DNA of 64,000 nucleotides from an uncultured delta proteobacterium (GTDB lineage Bacteria; Desulfobacterota; Binatia; Binatales; Binataceae): positions 67,049 to 131,048 of the forward strand of contig CAWFGH010000012.1 of assembly GCA_963815255.1 (NCBI GenBank), written 5' to 3'. Of the stretch, positions 46,088 through 55,020 are shown piece after piece (position 1 is the first letter of the stretch; every line of letters begins with the position of its first letter). The position numbers and the translations under genes are program-made. Under the pieces are notes generated by a model, which had not been told where the DNA came from, searched no databases, and saw nothing but the letters and a program-made list of their open reading frames with translations.

Positions 46088-47014
46088 CTACGAGGGCTCG
46101 ACGGTGGCGGCCGCCACTAACGCGGCGGCGCTTTGAATCTGCCCGAAATGAATCTTGCCCAGATCGAATTCCTCGAGCGCCTTGATCATGCTGTTCAGCG
46201 CGGCGCGGCAGGTCGGCAGGTTCTTGCGCGCGCGGCTCAGCGGATTGCATCGCGCGGCGATATAATTCTTCAGGTAGGGATGAATCAGGCCGCGCTTTTT
46301 GCCGCGTGCGACCAGCGCGGTCAGCACTTCGTCGGCGCGTGCGACCAGCGCGGCGCGTTCCTCGCGCTCCTCGATGGCTTCGCGCAGCGTTTTCGCCAGG
46401 AAGCCGTCGACTCGGCTCAGCAGCGGCGCGTACACGCCGCCAGAGAAACGCTTCGTCCTGTCATACAGGATGCCGAGCGTGATGAAGTGGGCACGCTCGA
46501 ACTCAAACGCGAAGTCCTTTTCGATCGCGCGCGGGGCCGTTTCCAGCCGCGCACGGTACATCCGAATCACCTCCAGCGCCTTGTCCTTGAGGTTGTGCAC
46601 CTTCTCGGTGTTGAGCGCGAGAATCTGGTAGGCGACCTCAGGGTCGGGAATCACGATCGCCGGAATGGTTTTCGCGCCGAGCTTGGTGGCGGCGGCGCGG
46701 CGATGGTTGCCGTTGGGAGTCCAGTAGCCGCCGTCCGCGCGCACCACGACCACCGGCTCGGTGAAGCGGCGGAGCTTCTTCATCACTTCGCCGAGGCGCT
46801 TGAGATGGGCCGGGCTGAGATCGCGCTGGAACGGCGTTCCCTGGAGCATCGCGGCCGGAATTAGCGCGAAGATTTGCCAATGCGCGCCGAGCGGCTCCTG
46901 GTAGGCGGCCAGCGCTGCACCGCCGTCGGACTCGATCGCCTCGGCGAGCGCGTCAATCACAGCCGGCCGCTTTGCGCCGGCCGGAAAAGTGGCTATTTCA
47001 GGATGATCGGTCAC
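46088..47014 (-). CDS. ParB-fold N-terminal domain protein (DndB/DGQHR-like motifs)
   Basis: ..TPFQRDLSPAHLKRL.. and ..YWTPNGNHRRAAATKLGAKTIPAIV.. resemble the QR and DGQHR-type motifs of ParB/DndB-like proteins. GTG start at 47014. Confidence 0.6.
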   Translation of the reverse strand: MTDHPEIATFPAGAKRPAVIDALAEAIESDGGAALAAYQEPLGAHWQIFALIPAAMLQGTPFQRDLSPAHLKRLGEVMKKLRRFTEPVVVVRADGGYWTPNGNHRRAAATKLGAKTIPAIVIPDPEVAYQILALNTEKVHNLKDKALEVIRMYRARLETAPRAIEKDFAFEFERAHFITLGILYDRTKRFSGGVYAPLLSRVDGFLAKTLREAIEEREERAALVARADEVLTALVARGKKRGLIHPYLKNYIAARCNPLSRARKNLPTCRAALNSMIKALEEFDLGKIHFGQIQSAAALVAAATVEPS

Positions 47015-47020
47015 AGTATG

Positions 47021-47073
47021 CTAATTGATGGCAAGTGACTAATTCATGGCAAGTGACTAATTTCATCCAATAC
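47021..47073. promoter_or_regulatory. tandem 17-bp direct repeat ATGGCAAGTGACTAATT x2 (18-bp period) plus an ATCCAATAC motif, immediately upstream of the ParB-like gene
   Basis: ctaattg ATGGCAAGTGACTAATT c ATGGCAAGTGACTAATT t c ATCCAATAC, read directly at 47021-47073. Starts 7 nt from the GTG start. Confidence 0.6.
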
Positions 47074-47092
47074 TCAGTTGTGTCCATGCACC

Positions 47093-47140
47093 CCCTCACC
47101 CTCGTCCTCTCCCCCAAGTGGGCGAGGGCATGGGGAGGAG
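47093..47140. repeat. solo copy of repeat family C (same sequence type as the DUF559-element termini)
   Basis: ccctcaccctcgtcctctcccccaagtgggcgagggc versus ccctcacccacaccctctcccacatatatgtgggcgagggc at 54971-55011. Confidence 0.65.
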
Positions 47141-47144
47141 ACTT

Positions 47145-48212
47145 TTATCGTGCACCCAGGGCGCGCACAGCCGGTATCACGTGCGCCGCGAAACGTTCCA
47201 TCGTCGCCATCACGTCGCGATGCGGTATCAGGCCGCCGGCGTTGAACCAGCATACGAGCTGATCGATCGCGCTGTGCTGGTAGACGTCGTTGATGCGCGC
47301 GATACACTCCTCGGGTGGTCCGTAAACCGCCATCGTCTCGTCGACCGTCTCGTAGGTCATCGCTGCCGCGCGCTCGCGCACCTGTTCGAGATAGGCGTAG
47401 GAGCCCTCGTACTGGCCGCGACCGCCGAGCAGCGCCTGTTCGCCGATCGTGCGGAAGTAGTGCAGCAGGCTCCGCTCGGCTTCGGCGCGCGCGGCGGCGC
47501 GGCTGGCGTGCGGGCAGACGAAAAACAGCGCCGCGACGTCGCCCGCATGCGCGGGGCGCGCGCCGGTTTTGAGCGCCGCGCGGTAGGCGCGGATGTGCTC
47601 GTAGAAGCCGGGCACCGGGTTGATGGGTGAGGCGACCAGCACGTCGTAGCCCTTGCGGCCGGCGAACTCGGCAGTTTCGGGGCTGTTGGCGGCGATACGG
47701 ATCGGTGGATGCGGCTTCTGGAGCGGCCGTGGTTCCACCGCTATATCGGCGACCTGGTAAAAACGGCCCTTGTAGGTGACGCGCTCCTCGGTCCACGCGC
47801 GCACGATTATCTCCAGCGCCTCCTCGAAGCGCTCGCGGCTCTCGTCGCGCGCCATCCCGAAACCCTGGAAGTGCACCGCGATCGTGCCGCGCCCCACGCC
47901 GTACTCCAACCGCCCGCCGGTCAACAGGTCGGCGGTGGCCGCTTCCTCGGCGGCACGCAGCGGATGATGGAACGGGAGCAGCGTCACCGCGGTGCCGAGC
48001 CGGATGCGCCGGGTGCGCTGCGCGACGGCGACCGCGACCATCAGCGGCGACGGCATGATCGAAAAGTTTCGGAAGAAATGCAGTTCGGCCAGCCACGCGA
48101 CGTCGAAGCCGAGTTGGTCGGCGAGCACGATCTGCTCGATCGTTTCCTGGTAGCGTGCAGGCTCGGATTGCTCCGCGGCGCAGGGCAGCTGGTAGAAAAG
48201 TCCGAACTTCAC
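47145..48212 (-). CDS. LLM-class (luciferase-like) flavin-dependent oxidoreductase
   Basis: MKFGLFYQLPCAAEQSEPARYQETIEQIVLADQLGFDVAWLAELHF.. and overall TIM-barrel LLM pattern. Confidence 0.85.
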   Translation of the reverse strand: MKFGLFYQLPCAAEQSEPARYQETIEQIVLADQLGFDVAWLAELHFFRNFSIMPSPLMVAVAVAQRTRRIRLGTAVTLLPFHHPLRAAEEAATADLLTGGRLEYGVGRGTIAVHFQGFGMARDESRERFEEALEIIVRAWTEERVTYKGRFYQVADIAVEPRPLQKPHPPIRIAANSPETAEFAGRKGYDVLVASPINPVPGFYEHIRAYRAALKTGARPAHAGDVAALFFVCPHASRAAARAEAERSLLHYFRTIGEQALLGGRGQYEGSYAYLEQVRERAAAMTYETVDETMAVYGPPEECIARINDVYQHSAIDQLVCWFNAGGLIPHRDVMATMERFAAHVIPAVRALGAR

Positions 48213-48358
48213 GAATCACCCTCCTTCGCGGCGCACTCCTTCGCGCCCACTCCTTCGCAGTGCCGACCGCGCGGCATGCCGGCGCACTCGCGCGGCTGAG
48301 AGCTTCATTGCACACCGCTTGGCCCCCGGCAACCGGCGTCGCCCCGCGCTGCGCATTG

Positions 48359-48421
48359 GCAGGCGGCTGCTATGCAGGTGCGGCGGCTGCTATGCTGGTG
48401 GGGACGGCTGGTACGCCGATG
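48359..48421. repeat. 20-bp tandem direct repeat (GGCGGCTGCTATGC(A/T)GGTG x2 plus a degenerate third copy)
   Basis: aggcggctgctatgcaggtg cggcggctgctatgctggtg gggacggctggtacgccgatg read directly. Ends 5 nt before the ATG at 48426. Confidence 0.75.
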
Positions 48422-48425
48422 AACG

Positions 48426-48731
48426 ATGGAAAAGATCAACCTCAACGACGTCTTGCGCCTCGCGCGGATGGGCGAGGACGAGCTGAGCGCGCTGGTCGCG
48501 CAACTGGAGTATTACCCCGCCGACGCGCCGACGCGCTCGCCGCTGCCGCGCGATCTGATGCTGCTGGACATCGCGATCAACCTGCGCGCGATCTCGCTCA
48601 AGGGTGGCCCGGTGAGCGCCGAGCCGCAATGGCTTGAGCTGGCCAACCGGCCCGAGCTGAGCGAGACCGCCAACCTGGTCAACGAGATTTCAGATTCCAG
48701 CATGGCGCTCGGCCTGCGCGTGCGCCGCTGA
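48426..48731 (+). CDS. hypothetical protein
   Basis: 101-aa ORF with coding-like composition; no family recognised. Confidence 0.35.
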   Translation: MEKINLNDVLRLARMGEDELSALVAQLEYYPADAPTRSPLPRDLMLLDIAINLRAISLKGGPVSAEPQWLELANRPELSETANLVNEISDSSMALGLRVRR

Positions 48732-48767
48732 AGACTACGCCGCGTCCGCGGCGTTAACCAAGTCAAT

Positions 48768-49151
48768 CTAGCGGTAGCTCACGATCTCGAGCAGATTGCC
48801 GTCGGGATCAAGGAAGTAGAGGCAATCGTGATCGCCCCAGTCAATTGGCCGCGCGCTTTCGACGCCGGCGTTGGTGAAGCGCTCCTTGGCGGCGGCGAAA
48901 TCGGCGCGGCTCACGCGAAAGGCATGATGGCCCCGGCCGAGCGGATGTGAAATCCGAGCCTGGCGCTCGGCCGGCGAAATCGGCGGACGCGCGACGTGGA
49001 AGAGCGCGAGGTTCTGTCCGCCGCAATCCAGCAGCACCTGGTCGCCGAGATGGGTTACCATGCTGAGCCCGAGGACTTCGGTGTAGAAGCGCTCGGCGAG
49101 CGCGAGGTCGCTGACCTCGATTCCGAAATGATCGAGCCGCTCGAGTTTCAT
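48768..49151 (-). CDS. VOC-family (glyoxalase/bleomycin-resistance/dioxygenase) protein
   Basis: MKLERLDHFGIEVSDLALAERFYTEVLGL..HHAFRV..LYFLDPDGNLLEIV. Confidence 0.85.
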   Translation of the reverse strand: MKLERLDHFGIEVSDLALAERFYTEVLGLSMVTHLGDQVLLDCGGQNLALFHVARPPISPAERQARISHPLGRGHHAFRVSRADFAAAKERFTNAGVESARPIDWGDHDCLYFLDPDGNLLEIVSYR

Positions 49152-49196
49152 CCTTCACTACCTACTACTTTTTCCGAGACTTGTCGTTTCTTATTG

Positions 49197-49373
49197 TCCC
49201 CTTTGGGGAGAGAGTTTTGCATAACCCAGCCGTTCGGCGTCCCTTCACCCTCTCCTTGGAGGTCAAGGAGAGGTTAGAAGATGCCAGCGCATGGGTTGTG
49301 CGAAGCTCCCCGACAAGGAGAGGGGCCAGAAGGGTGGTCGCTTTGTGCAAAGCTCTCTTGGACAAGGAGAGGG
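49197..49373. repeat. composite palindromic extragenic repeat (family A), two inverted sub-copies
   Basis: Forward copy ggggagagagttttgcataacccagccgttcggcgtcccttcaccctctccttgg, and inverted copy ..ccccgacaaggagaggggccagaagggtggtcgctttgtgcaaagctctcttggacaaggagaggg. Homologous to 29036-29240. Confidence 0.75.
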
Positions 49374-49384
49374 TAATCGCCTCG

Positions 49385-50611
49385 CTAACCCAGGTCGCGC
49401 AGCAGCACGCCGGTTAGGTATTCGCCCTCGGGATGACCCAGCAGCACCGGATGGTCGGGGCCGGGGCCGAGGCGCGCGAGCAGGCGCATCCGGCGCCCCG
49501 AACGGCCCTCGGCGATACGCATCGCGCGGACAAAATCCTCGCCGCAAAAATGCGACGAGCAACTGAAGGTCATCAGAAAGCCGCCCGGGCTGAGCGCGCG
49601 GAGTGCGAGCGCGTTGAGCTCAACGTAGAGATGCTCGGCGCGCCGCGCATCGGCGCGGCTGCGCGCAAAAGGCGGCGGATCCAGCACGATCAAATCGAAA
49701 AGTTCGTCGCGTCTGCCCAGGTATTCGCCTGCCTCGCCGTGCACGAAGCGGACGGCGCCCGACGGATATCCGTTGAGCTCCAGGTTGCGCCGCGCACAAT
49801 CGAGCGCATGCGTGGAAGTGTCGACCGCGACGATCTCTTTCGCTCCGCCCTTAAGCGCGTTCAGCGCGAAGCCTCCGGTGTAGCAGCACAGATCGAGCAC
49901 GCGAGCGCCCGCGGCCAACGCGCCAAAGCGTGCGCGATTCTCCCGCTGATCGAGGAACGCGCCGGTTTTCTGGCCGCGCTCCAGGTCGACAGTCATCGAT
50001 AGCCCGTTCTCGCGCACGCGGTTCTCGTTCATCACGGCTTCGCCGGCGGGCGCTCCAGCAACTACGCCCACGCGATCGTCGAGTCCCTCCTGCCGGCGCA
50101 CGGCGCCCTGGCTACGCTCGAGAATTGCGCGCGGCGAGATCAACTGATTCAGATGCTCGACGATTTCCGCGCGCATCCGCTCTGCGCCCGCGGTCAGCAA
50201 CTGCATCACGGCAACCTCGCCGTAGCGATCCACGACCACGCCCGAGAGGCCGTCGCCGTCGCCGTTGAGTATCCGGTAACAATTCGTGTCGGCACCGACG
50301 ACGCGCTCGCGCAGCTTCGACGCGCGCTCGATACGCCAGCGGACGATTTCGGCAGGAGCGGGTTCGCCGCCGAGCGCGAGCATCCGCACCGCGATCGTGG
50401 TCGCCGGATTGTAATAGCCGTGCCCAATCGTCGCGCCGGCTGCGTCGAGGACCCACACGCGCGCGCCGGGCTCGATTGCGCCGGGCTCGACGCGATCGAT
50501 CGCCTGCGAGAAGACCCAGGGGTTGCCGCCGCGTACCGGACCATCGCGGCCCTTTTTGAGGAAGACCCGCCCCGGCGTTGTCGACGCGCCGTTCGGTCGA
50601 GAGCTTTTCAA
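49385..50611 (-). CDS. class I SAM-dependent rRNA methyltransferase (RlmI-like, PUA + MTase)
   Basis: ..GNPWVFSQAIDRVEP.. N-terminal PUA-like region, ..VLDLCCYTGGFAL.. SAM motif I, ..DLIVLDPPPFA.. motif IV. Confidence 0.8.
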   Translation of the reverse strand: MKSSRPNGASTTPGRVFLKKGRDGPVRGGNPWVFSQAIDRVEPGAIEPGARVWVLDAAGATIGHGYYNPATTIAVRMLALGGEPAPAEIVRWRIERASKLRERVVGADTNCYRILNGDGDGLSGVVVDRYGEVAVMQLLTAGAERMRAEIVEHLNQLISPRAILERSQGAVRRQEGLDDRVGVVAGAPAGEAVMNENRVRENGLSMTVDLERGQKTGAFLDQRENRARFGALAAGARVLDLCCYTGGFALNALKGGAKEIVAVDTSTHALDCARRNLELNGYPSGAVRFVHGEAGEYLGRRDELFDLIVLDPPPFARSRADARRAEHLYVELNALALRALSPGGFLMTFSCSSHFCGEDFVRAMRIAEGRSGRRMRLLARLGPGPDHPVLLGHPEGEYLTGVLLRDLG

Positions 50612-50639
50612 TTTTTCAACTTTCTAACGGCTCAAGTTT

Positions 50640-51191
50640 TCAACTGTCCGTGGACGGCCATCGCGGCTCGCCCGCGCGCTTGAAGGTGCCGCTGCGCCCG
50701 CCCGATTTACCGACCAACCGGATCGCGTCGATCGTCATCGCGCGATCGATCGCCTTGGCCATGTCATAGATCGTAAGGGCCGCGGCGCTTAACGCGACCA
50801 ACGCTTCCATCTCGACGCCGGTGCGTGCCGCAGTCGCCGCACGAGCCTGGATATGGAGCGTCGCGTGGGCCGGGTCGGGGCGGAATTCGATCTCGACGAC
50901 CTCCAGCGGTATCTGATGGCAGAGCGGGATTAACTCATGCGTGCGCTTGGCCGCCATTATTCCGGCCAGGCGCGCCGCCGCCAGCGCCTCGCCCTTTTTG
51001 AGCGTACCGCCGACGATCGCGTCGAGCGTCGCCGGCTCCATCTTGACCGCGCCGCGCGCGAGCGCCTCGCGCCGCGTCACCGCTTTTTCGCCGACGTCGA
51101 CCATCCGCACGCGGCCGCGGCGGTCCAGATGCGTGAGCGTGCCGCGCTCAGCGGGATCGGAACGTTTGGTGGTCGGCTTCTTGCGTGGCAT
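50640..51191 (-). CDS. moaC: cyclic pyranopterin monophosphate synthase MoaC
   Basis: [61 protein letters not shown]. Confidence 0.92.
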   Translation of the reverse strand: MPRKKPTTKRSDPAERGTLTHLDRRGRVRMVDVGEKAVTRREALARGAVKMEPATLDAIVGGTLKKGEALAAARLAGIMAAKRTHELIPLCHQIPLEVVEIEFRPDPAHATLHIQARAATAARTGVEMEALVALSAAALTIYDMAKAIDRAMTIDAIRLVGKSGGRSGTFKRAGEPRWPSTDS

Positions 51192-51330
51192 CGGGGGCGG
51201 CGGCTAAGAGCTTATGTTGACGCGATGCGCCGGTACAATAAAGCGCTACAATATACGGCACGAAACGCACGAATCGAACAATGACGTACCGCGCGCGGCC
51301 CCGATGGGCGCGCGATTTCGCAAAGACACG

Positions 51331-51370
51331 CGATAACAAAAGTCGATAACAACAAAAGTCGATAACAAAT
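51331..51370. repeat. three direct TCGATAACA(A) repeats immediately upstream of the trxB start codon
   Basis: gcGATAACAAAAgTCGATAACAAcaaaagTCGATAACAAatagATG read directly. Confidence 0.75.
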
Positions 51371-51372
51371 AG

Positions 51373-52314
51373 ATGGCAGACGAAACCTATCGCCTCGTGA
51401 TTCTCGGTTCCGGCCCCGCCGGCCTTACTGCCGCGCTCTACGCGGCGCGCGCCAATCTCGCCCCGCTGCTGATCGAGGGCCATCAGCCCGGCGGCCAACT
51501 CACCATCACCACCGAGGTCGAGAACTACCCCGGCTTTGAGCACGGCATCCAGGGTCCCGAGATGATGGACGTGTTCCGGCGCCAGGCCGAGCGCTTCGGC
51601 ACGAAATTCGTCGTTGGCGAAGTCACTGCGATTGACTTGCGCAAGCGGCCGTTCGAGCTGACCGCGGGCACAAAGACTATTGGCGCCGACGCGCTCATCG
51701 TCGCGACTGGGGCTTCGGCCAAGCTGCTCGGGATTGAATCGGAAAAGCGACTGATGGGCTACGGGGTGAGCGCGTGCGCGACCTGCGACGGCGCGTTTTT
51801 CAAGAACAAGGAGGCTGTGGTAGTGGGCGGCGGCGATACCGCGATGGAAGAGGCGACGTTTCTCACGCGCTTTTGTAGCAAGGTGACGATCGTGCATCGG
51901 CGCAGCTCCCTTCGCGCGTCCAAGATCATGCAGGACCGCGCGGCCGCCAATCCGAAGATCGCTTTCATCTGGAACTCCGTGATCGAGGAAATTTTCGGCG
52001 AGCAGAACACCGGAGTGAGCGGCGTGCGGCTTAAAAATGTCAGGACCGGAGCGGTCAGCGACTTCCGCACCGACGCCGTGTTCGTCGCGATCGGCCATCA
52101 GCCCAATACTCACCTGTTCGAGGGCCAACTCGAAATGGACGAAGTCGGCTACCTGAAAGTCCGCAACGGATCGACCTATACCAACGTCGATGGCGTGTTC
52201 GCGGCTGGCGACGTCGCCGACAAGGTCTATCGCCAGGCGGTGACCGCGGCAGGCACTGGATGCATGGCGGCGATCGACGCGGAGCGCTGGCTCGAAGCGC
52301 ACGAGGTGCTCTGA
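51373..52314 (+). CDS. trxB: thioredoxin-disulfide reductase
   Basis: [20 protein letters not shown].., redox-active CATCDG, and [15 protein letters not shown] motif. Confidence 0.93.
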   Translation: MADETYRLVILGSGPAGLTAALYAARANLAPLLIEGHQPGGQLTITTEVENYPGFEHGIQGPEMMDVFRRQAERFGTKFVVGEVTAIDLRKRPFELTAGTKTIGADALIVATGASAKLLGIESEKRLMGYGVSACATCDGAFFKNKEAVVVGGGDTAMEEATFLTRFCSKVTIVHRRSSLRASKIMQDRAAANPKIAFIWNSVIEEIFGEQNTGVSGVRLKNVRTGAVSDFRTDAVFVAIGHQPNTHLFEGQLEMDEVGYLKVRNGSTYTNVDGVFAAGDVADKVYRQAVTAAGTGCMAAIDAERWLEAHEVL

Positions 52315-52367
52315 ATTCTGCGTAACGGGGAAACAGCCGAGGTGTCTGCGGTGCGGAACCGCATCGG

Positions 52368-53348
52368 ATGAGCCCGGGACGCAACCTTCTGATCGCGATC
52401 GCGGGCATGTTGGTGCTCACGGCAGGCGGCACCGTTGGCTACATGGCGGTCGAGCATATGTCAGCGCTCGACGCGCTCTACATGACCATCATCACCATCT
52501 CCACCGTCGGCTACGAAGAGGTGAAGCCGCTCGGCACGGGTGGACGGATCTTCACGATGGGGCTGATCGTGACCGGCGTCGGCACCGCGTTCTACATCTT
52601 CGCAGCCGTCACCCAGTTCGTGGTCGAAGGTCAGTTGCGCGCCGCGTTCGGGAGGGTTGCGATGAAGCACAAGATCGAAAAACTCGAAGGCCACGTCGTG
52701 ATTTGCGGGTTCGGCAGGATGGGCCGTGTGGTGGCCGAGGAAGTGATGCGCAGCGGCGGCCAGGCGGTGGTGATCGAGCGCGACCCGGCGCGTGAAGCCG
52801 AGCTGGCTGCCTCCGGCCTGCTCTACGTGATCGGATCGGCGCTGGCGGATAGCGTGCTGGAGGAGGCGGGCCTGCCGCGGGCGCGTGCAATCGTGGTCGT
52901 CACTGCCTCCGACGCCGACAACGTGTTTATCACGCTTTCGGCCCGCGCGATGAACCCCAGCATCCACATCCACGCGCGCGGCGAGACGGAGGTCGGCTTG
53001 CAGCACCTGCGGATGGCGGGGGCGGACCAGGCCGTTGCGGCCTACCAGTGGGGCGCGCTGCGGCTGGCGGCCGCCGTCATGCGCCCGTCGGTAGTCGATT
53101 TTCTGGAGCTGTCGTTTCCGGGGCGCGGCGCGGAGATCGACCTGGAGGAGATTCGCGTGGCCCCGGGCAGCGCGCTCGTCGGCCAGTCGATCACCGCGGT
53201 CGAGCAGAGCTCGACACGGCTGCGGATCGTCGCGCTCAAGCGCGGCGACGCTCCGAGCACGTTGATTCCCGATCCCGTAACCCGTATCGAGGCGGGCGAT
53301 TTCCTGGTCGCGATCGGCGACCGCGACACCTTGCGCCGGCTGGGTTAG
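52368..53348 (+). CDS. 2-TM potassium-channel-like protein with RCK (TrkA-N/TrkA-C) domain
   Basis: TM1, pore helix and filter ALYMTIITISTVGYEEV, TM2, then a Rossmann fold VVICGFGRMGRVVA and a C-terminal TrkA-C-like domain. Confidence 0.8.
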   Translation: MSPGRNLLIAIAGMLVLTAGGTVGYMAVEHMSALDALYMTIITISTVGYEEVKPLGTGGRIFTMGLIVTGVGTAFYIFAAVTQFVVEGQLRAAFGRVAMKHKIEKLEGHVVICGFGRMGRVVAEEVMRSGGQAVVIERDPAREAELAASGLLYVIGSALADSVLEEAGLPRARAIVVVTASDADNVFITLSARAMNPSIHIHARGETEVGLQHLRMAGADQAVAAYQWGALRLAAAVMRPSVVDFLELSFPGRGAEIDLEEIRVAPGSALVGQSITAVEQSSTRLRIVALKRGDAPSTLIPDPVTRIEAGDFLVAIGDRDTLRRLG

Positions 53349-53455
53349 TGACGCGTAAACGGCCCCGATGCCGGCCCGTGCACCCGTCTTCCTTGAGTCG
53401 CGCCTTTGAATCGCGCCTTTGAATCACGGCCTTCATCCTGCCAAGATTTGCCCAC

Positions 53456-54217
53456 ATGGAAGGGGGAAACGGAACGCAAGCCGAGCCGCGCAAGCCGACC
53501 GGCGAGCTCAAGGCGCCCACCGGCGATCTTGGCCCGATCCCCGCGAGCGCGTCGCCGCGGCGGTGGCGCCGGATCGATATCCGGCTCTCCGAGCTTATCG
53601 TTTTCTTGGTGGCGACGATCGGCGCGGTCGCGCTGGGCTTGGGGATCACTCAGTACTTCACCGAGCATCCATACATCCTCGCCTACCTGATCGCGTATGC
53701 CGGGTTCCGTCTCGCCGACGTGATGGTGCGCGAGGATTTCGAGCCGCCGCCGGACGCTGCGCTGCTTTCGGGATCGATCCTGCGCCAGTTGCCGGTGCTG
53801 CTGGTCTTCGCGGCGGCGCCGTTCGAGCGGACCTACATCTATGGCGGTGAAGTGGCGCGATGGATACAGGCGATGGGCTTGCTGATGGAACTGCTGGGTC
53901 TGTGGCTGGCGCTCGGAGCGCGCATCCAGCTCGGCTTTTTCAGCTCGACGCCGGAATCCGGCGGTCCGCGCATCCTGGTGCGCAACGGTCTTTACGGCAC
54001 GATTCGCCATCCGATCTGGCTCGGCGAGTTCCTGGTGGTCTTCGCCTGGTCGCTCGAGTTCGGTGCACCGATCACGGGGGCGCTGACGGCGATCTTCGGG
54101 ATCGTGATGGGCCGGATGCGCGCCGCGACGGAAGAGGCGGAGATGCTGGAGCAGTTCGGCGACCGGTACGCGCGCTACCTTCAGGAGACCGAATGCTTCA
54201 TTCCCGGCATCTGGTAG
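53456..54217 (+). CDS. isoprenylcysteine carboxyl / phospholipid methyltransferase family membrane protein
   Basis: ..LVRNGLYGTIRHPIWLGEFLV.. and ..EEAEMLEQFGDRYARYLQETECFIPGIW are typical of ICMT/PEMT-family enzymes. Confidence 0.75.
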   Translation: MEGGNGTQAEPRKPTGELKAPTGDLGPIPASASPRRWRRIDIRLSELIVFLVATIGAVALGLGITQYFTEHPYILAYLIAYAGFRLADVMVREDFEPPPDAALLSGSILRQLPVLLVFAAAPFERTYIYGGEVARWIQAMGLLMELLGLWLALGARIQLGFFSSTPESGGPRILVRNGLYGTIRHPIWLGEFLVVFAWSLEFGAPITGALTAIFGIVMGRMRAATEEAEMLEQFGDRYARYLQETECFIPGIW

Positions 54218-54480
54218 ACGGGATGATCGTGAGCTGGAATGGGATCCCTCACCCATGGGATTTCTATCCGGAGTCTCCCCGTCACCATTGCTGACTGAGC
54301 CTCCCCTGCTGTCTAATCCCGGTTTCTGTCTGAGCCTTGCCCGCATGTCGCCCGAGTCTCGGTTTGCCGTCAAAGCCCGGTTGCTGTCTGACCCGTCACT
54401 AAGAGGCGAAAGATTCCGCCGCGTCCGCGCGAGGCTCCCGCGCCCGCATTTCGCCTGAGCTCATTTCCTGTCAGAGCCGG

Positions 54481-55020
54481 TTTCTTTCTGAGCCCTCGCC
54501 CGCATTTTTTGCGGGAGAGGGTGTGGGTGAGGGTCCCTTTAAATATTCCGATTGCGGTGGTCACTCGCCATCGCTTCGCTTCAACTCGCGCAGAATTTGA
54601 TCCAGGACTGCATACGTTTCTTTCAGGACTTGATCGTTCCAGAAGCGCACACCAGGAATCCGCGGCTAGTCATATATGCGTCCGCTTTCGGTCCGCTTCG
54701 ACCTGCTCCAGATGCTGCCCGCCGTCGAGCTCGATCACGAGCCGCCGTTCAAGGCAACAGAAGTCTGCGATATACCGCCCGATTCGATATTGGCGTCTGA
54801 ATTTTGCGCCAAGTTGGCGGCCGCGCAATCGCATCCAGAGCTCCAGCTCGGCCGTGGTTTGATTGCGCCGTAACTGCCGCGCGCGATCGAGTAAAGGAGC
54901 CCGCATCATGGAGATGGAAGCATAATGTTGGCTGGATGTCGTGATGTAGCAGGTAGGAATTTTTTAGGGACCCTCACCCACACCCTCTCCCACATATATG
55001 TGGGCGAGGGCTCAGAAAAA
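54481..55020. mobile_element. MITE-like cassette: roughly 60-bp terminal inverted repeats (family C) enclosing a decayed DUF559 gene
   Basis: Left end tttctttctgagccctcgcccgcattttttgcgggagagggtgtgggtgagggtccct. The reverse complement of the right end is tttttttctgagccctcgcccacatatatgtgggagagggtgtgggtgagggtccct. The inner 24 bp are identical (54515-54538 versus 54966-54989). Confidence 0.7.
54561..54909 (-). pseudogene. DUF559 (Vsr-like endonuclease fold) gene with two frameshifts near the 3' end
   Basis: The ORF 54670..54909 reads ..RARQLRRNQTTAELELWMRLRGRQLGAKFRRQYRIGRYIADFCCLERRLVIELDGGQHLEQVEADRKRTHI*. The expected continuation is split over two other frames (YMTSRGFLV, then VRFWNDQVLKETYAVLDQILRELKRSDGE*). 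Confidence 0.75.

Noticed and set aside
51192-51372. Molybdenum-cofactor riboswitch upstream of moaC
   Set aside because: I could not recognise the conserved Moco-motif elements in the minus-strand leader by eye. This needs a covariance-model scan before any claim.
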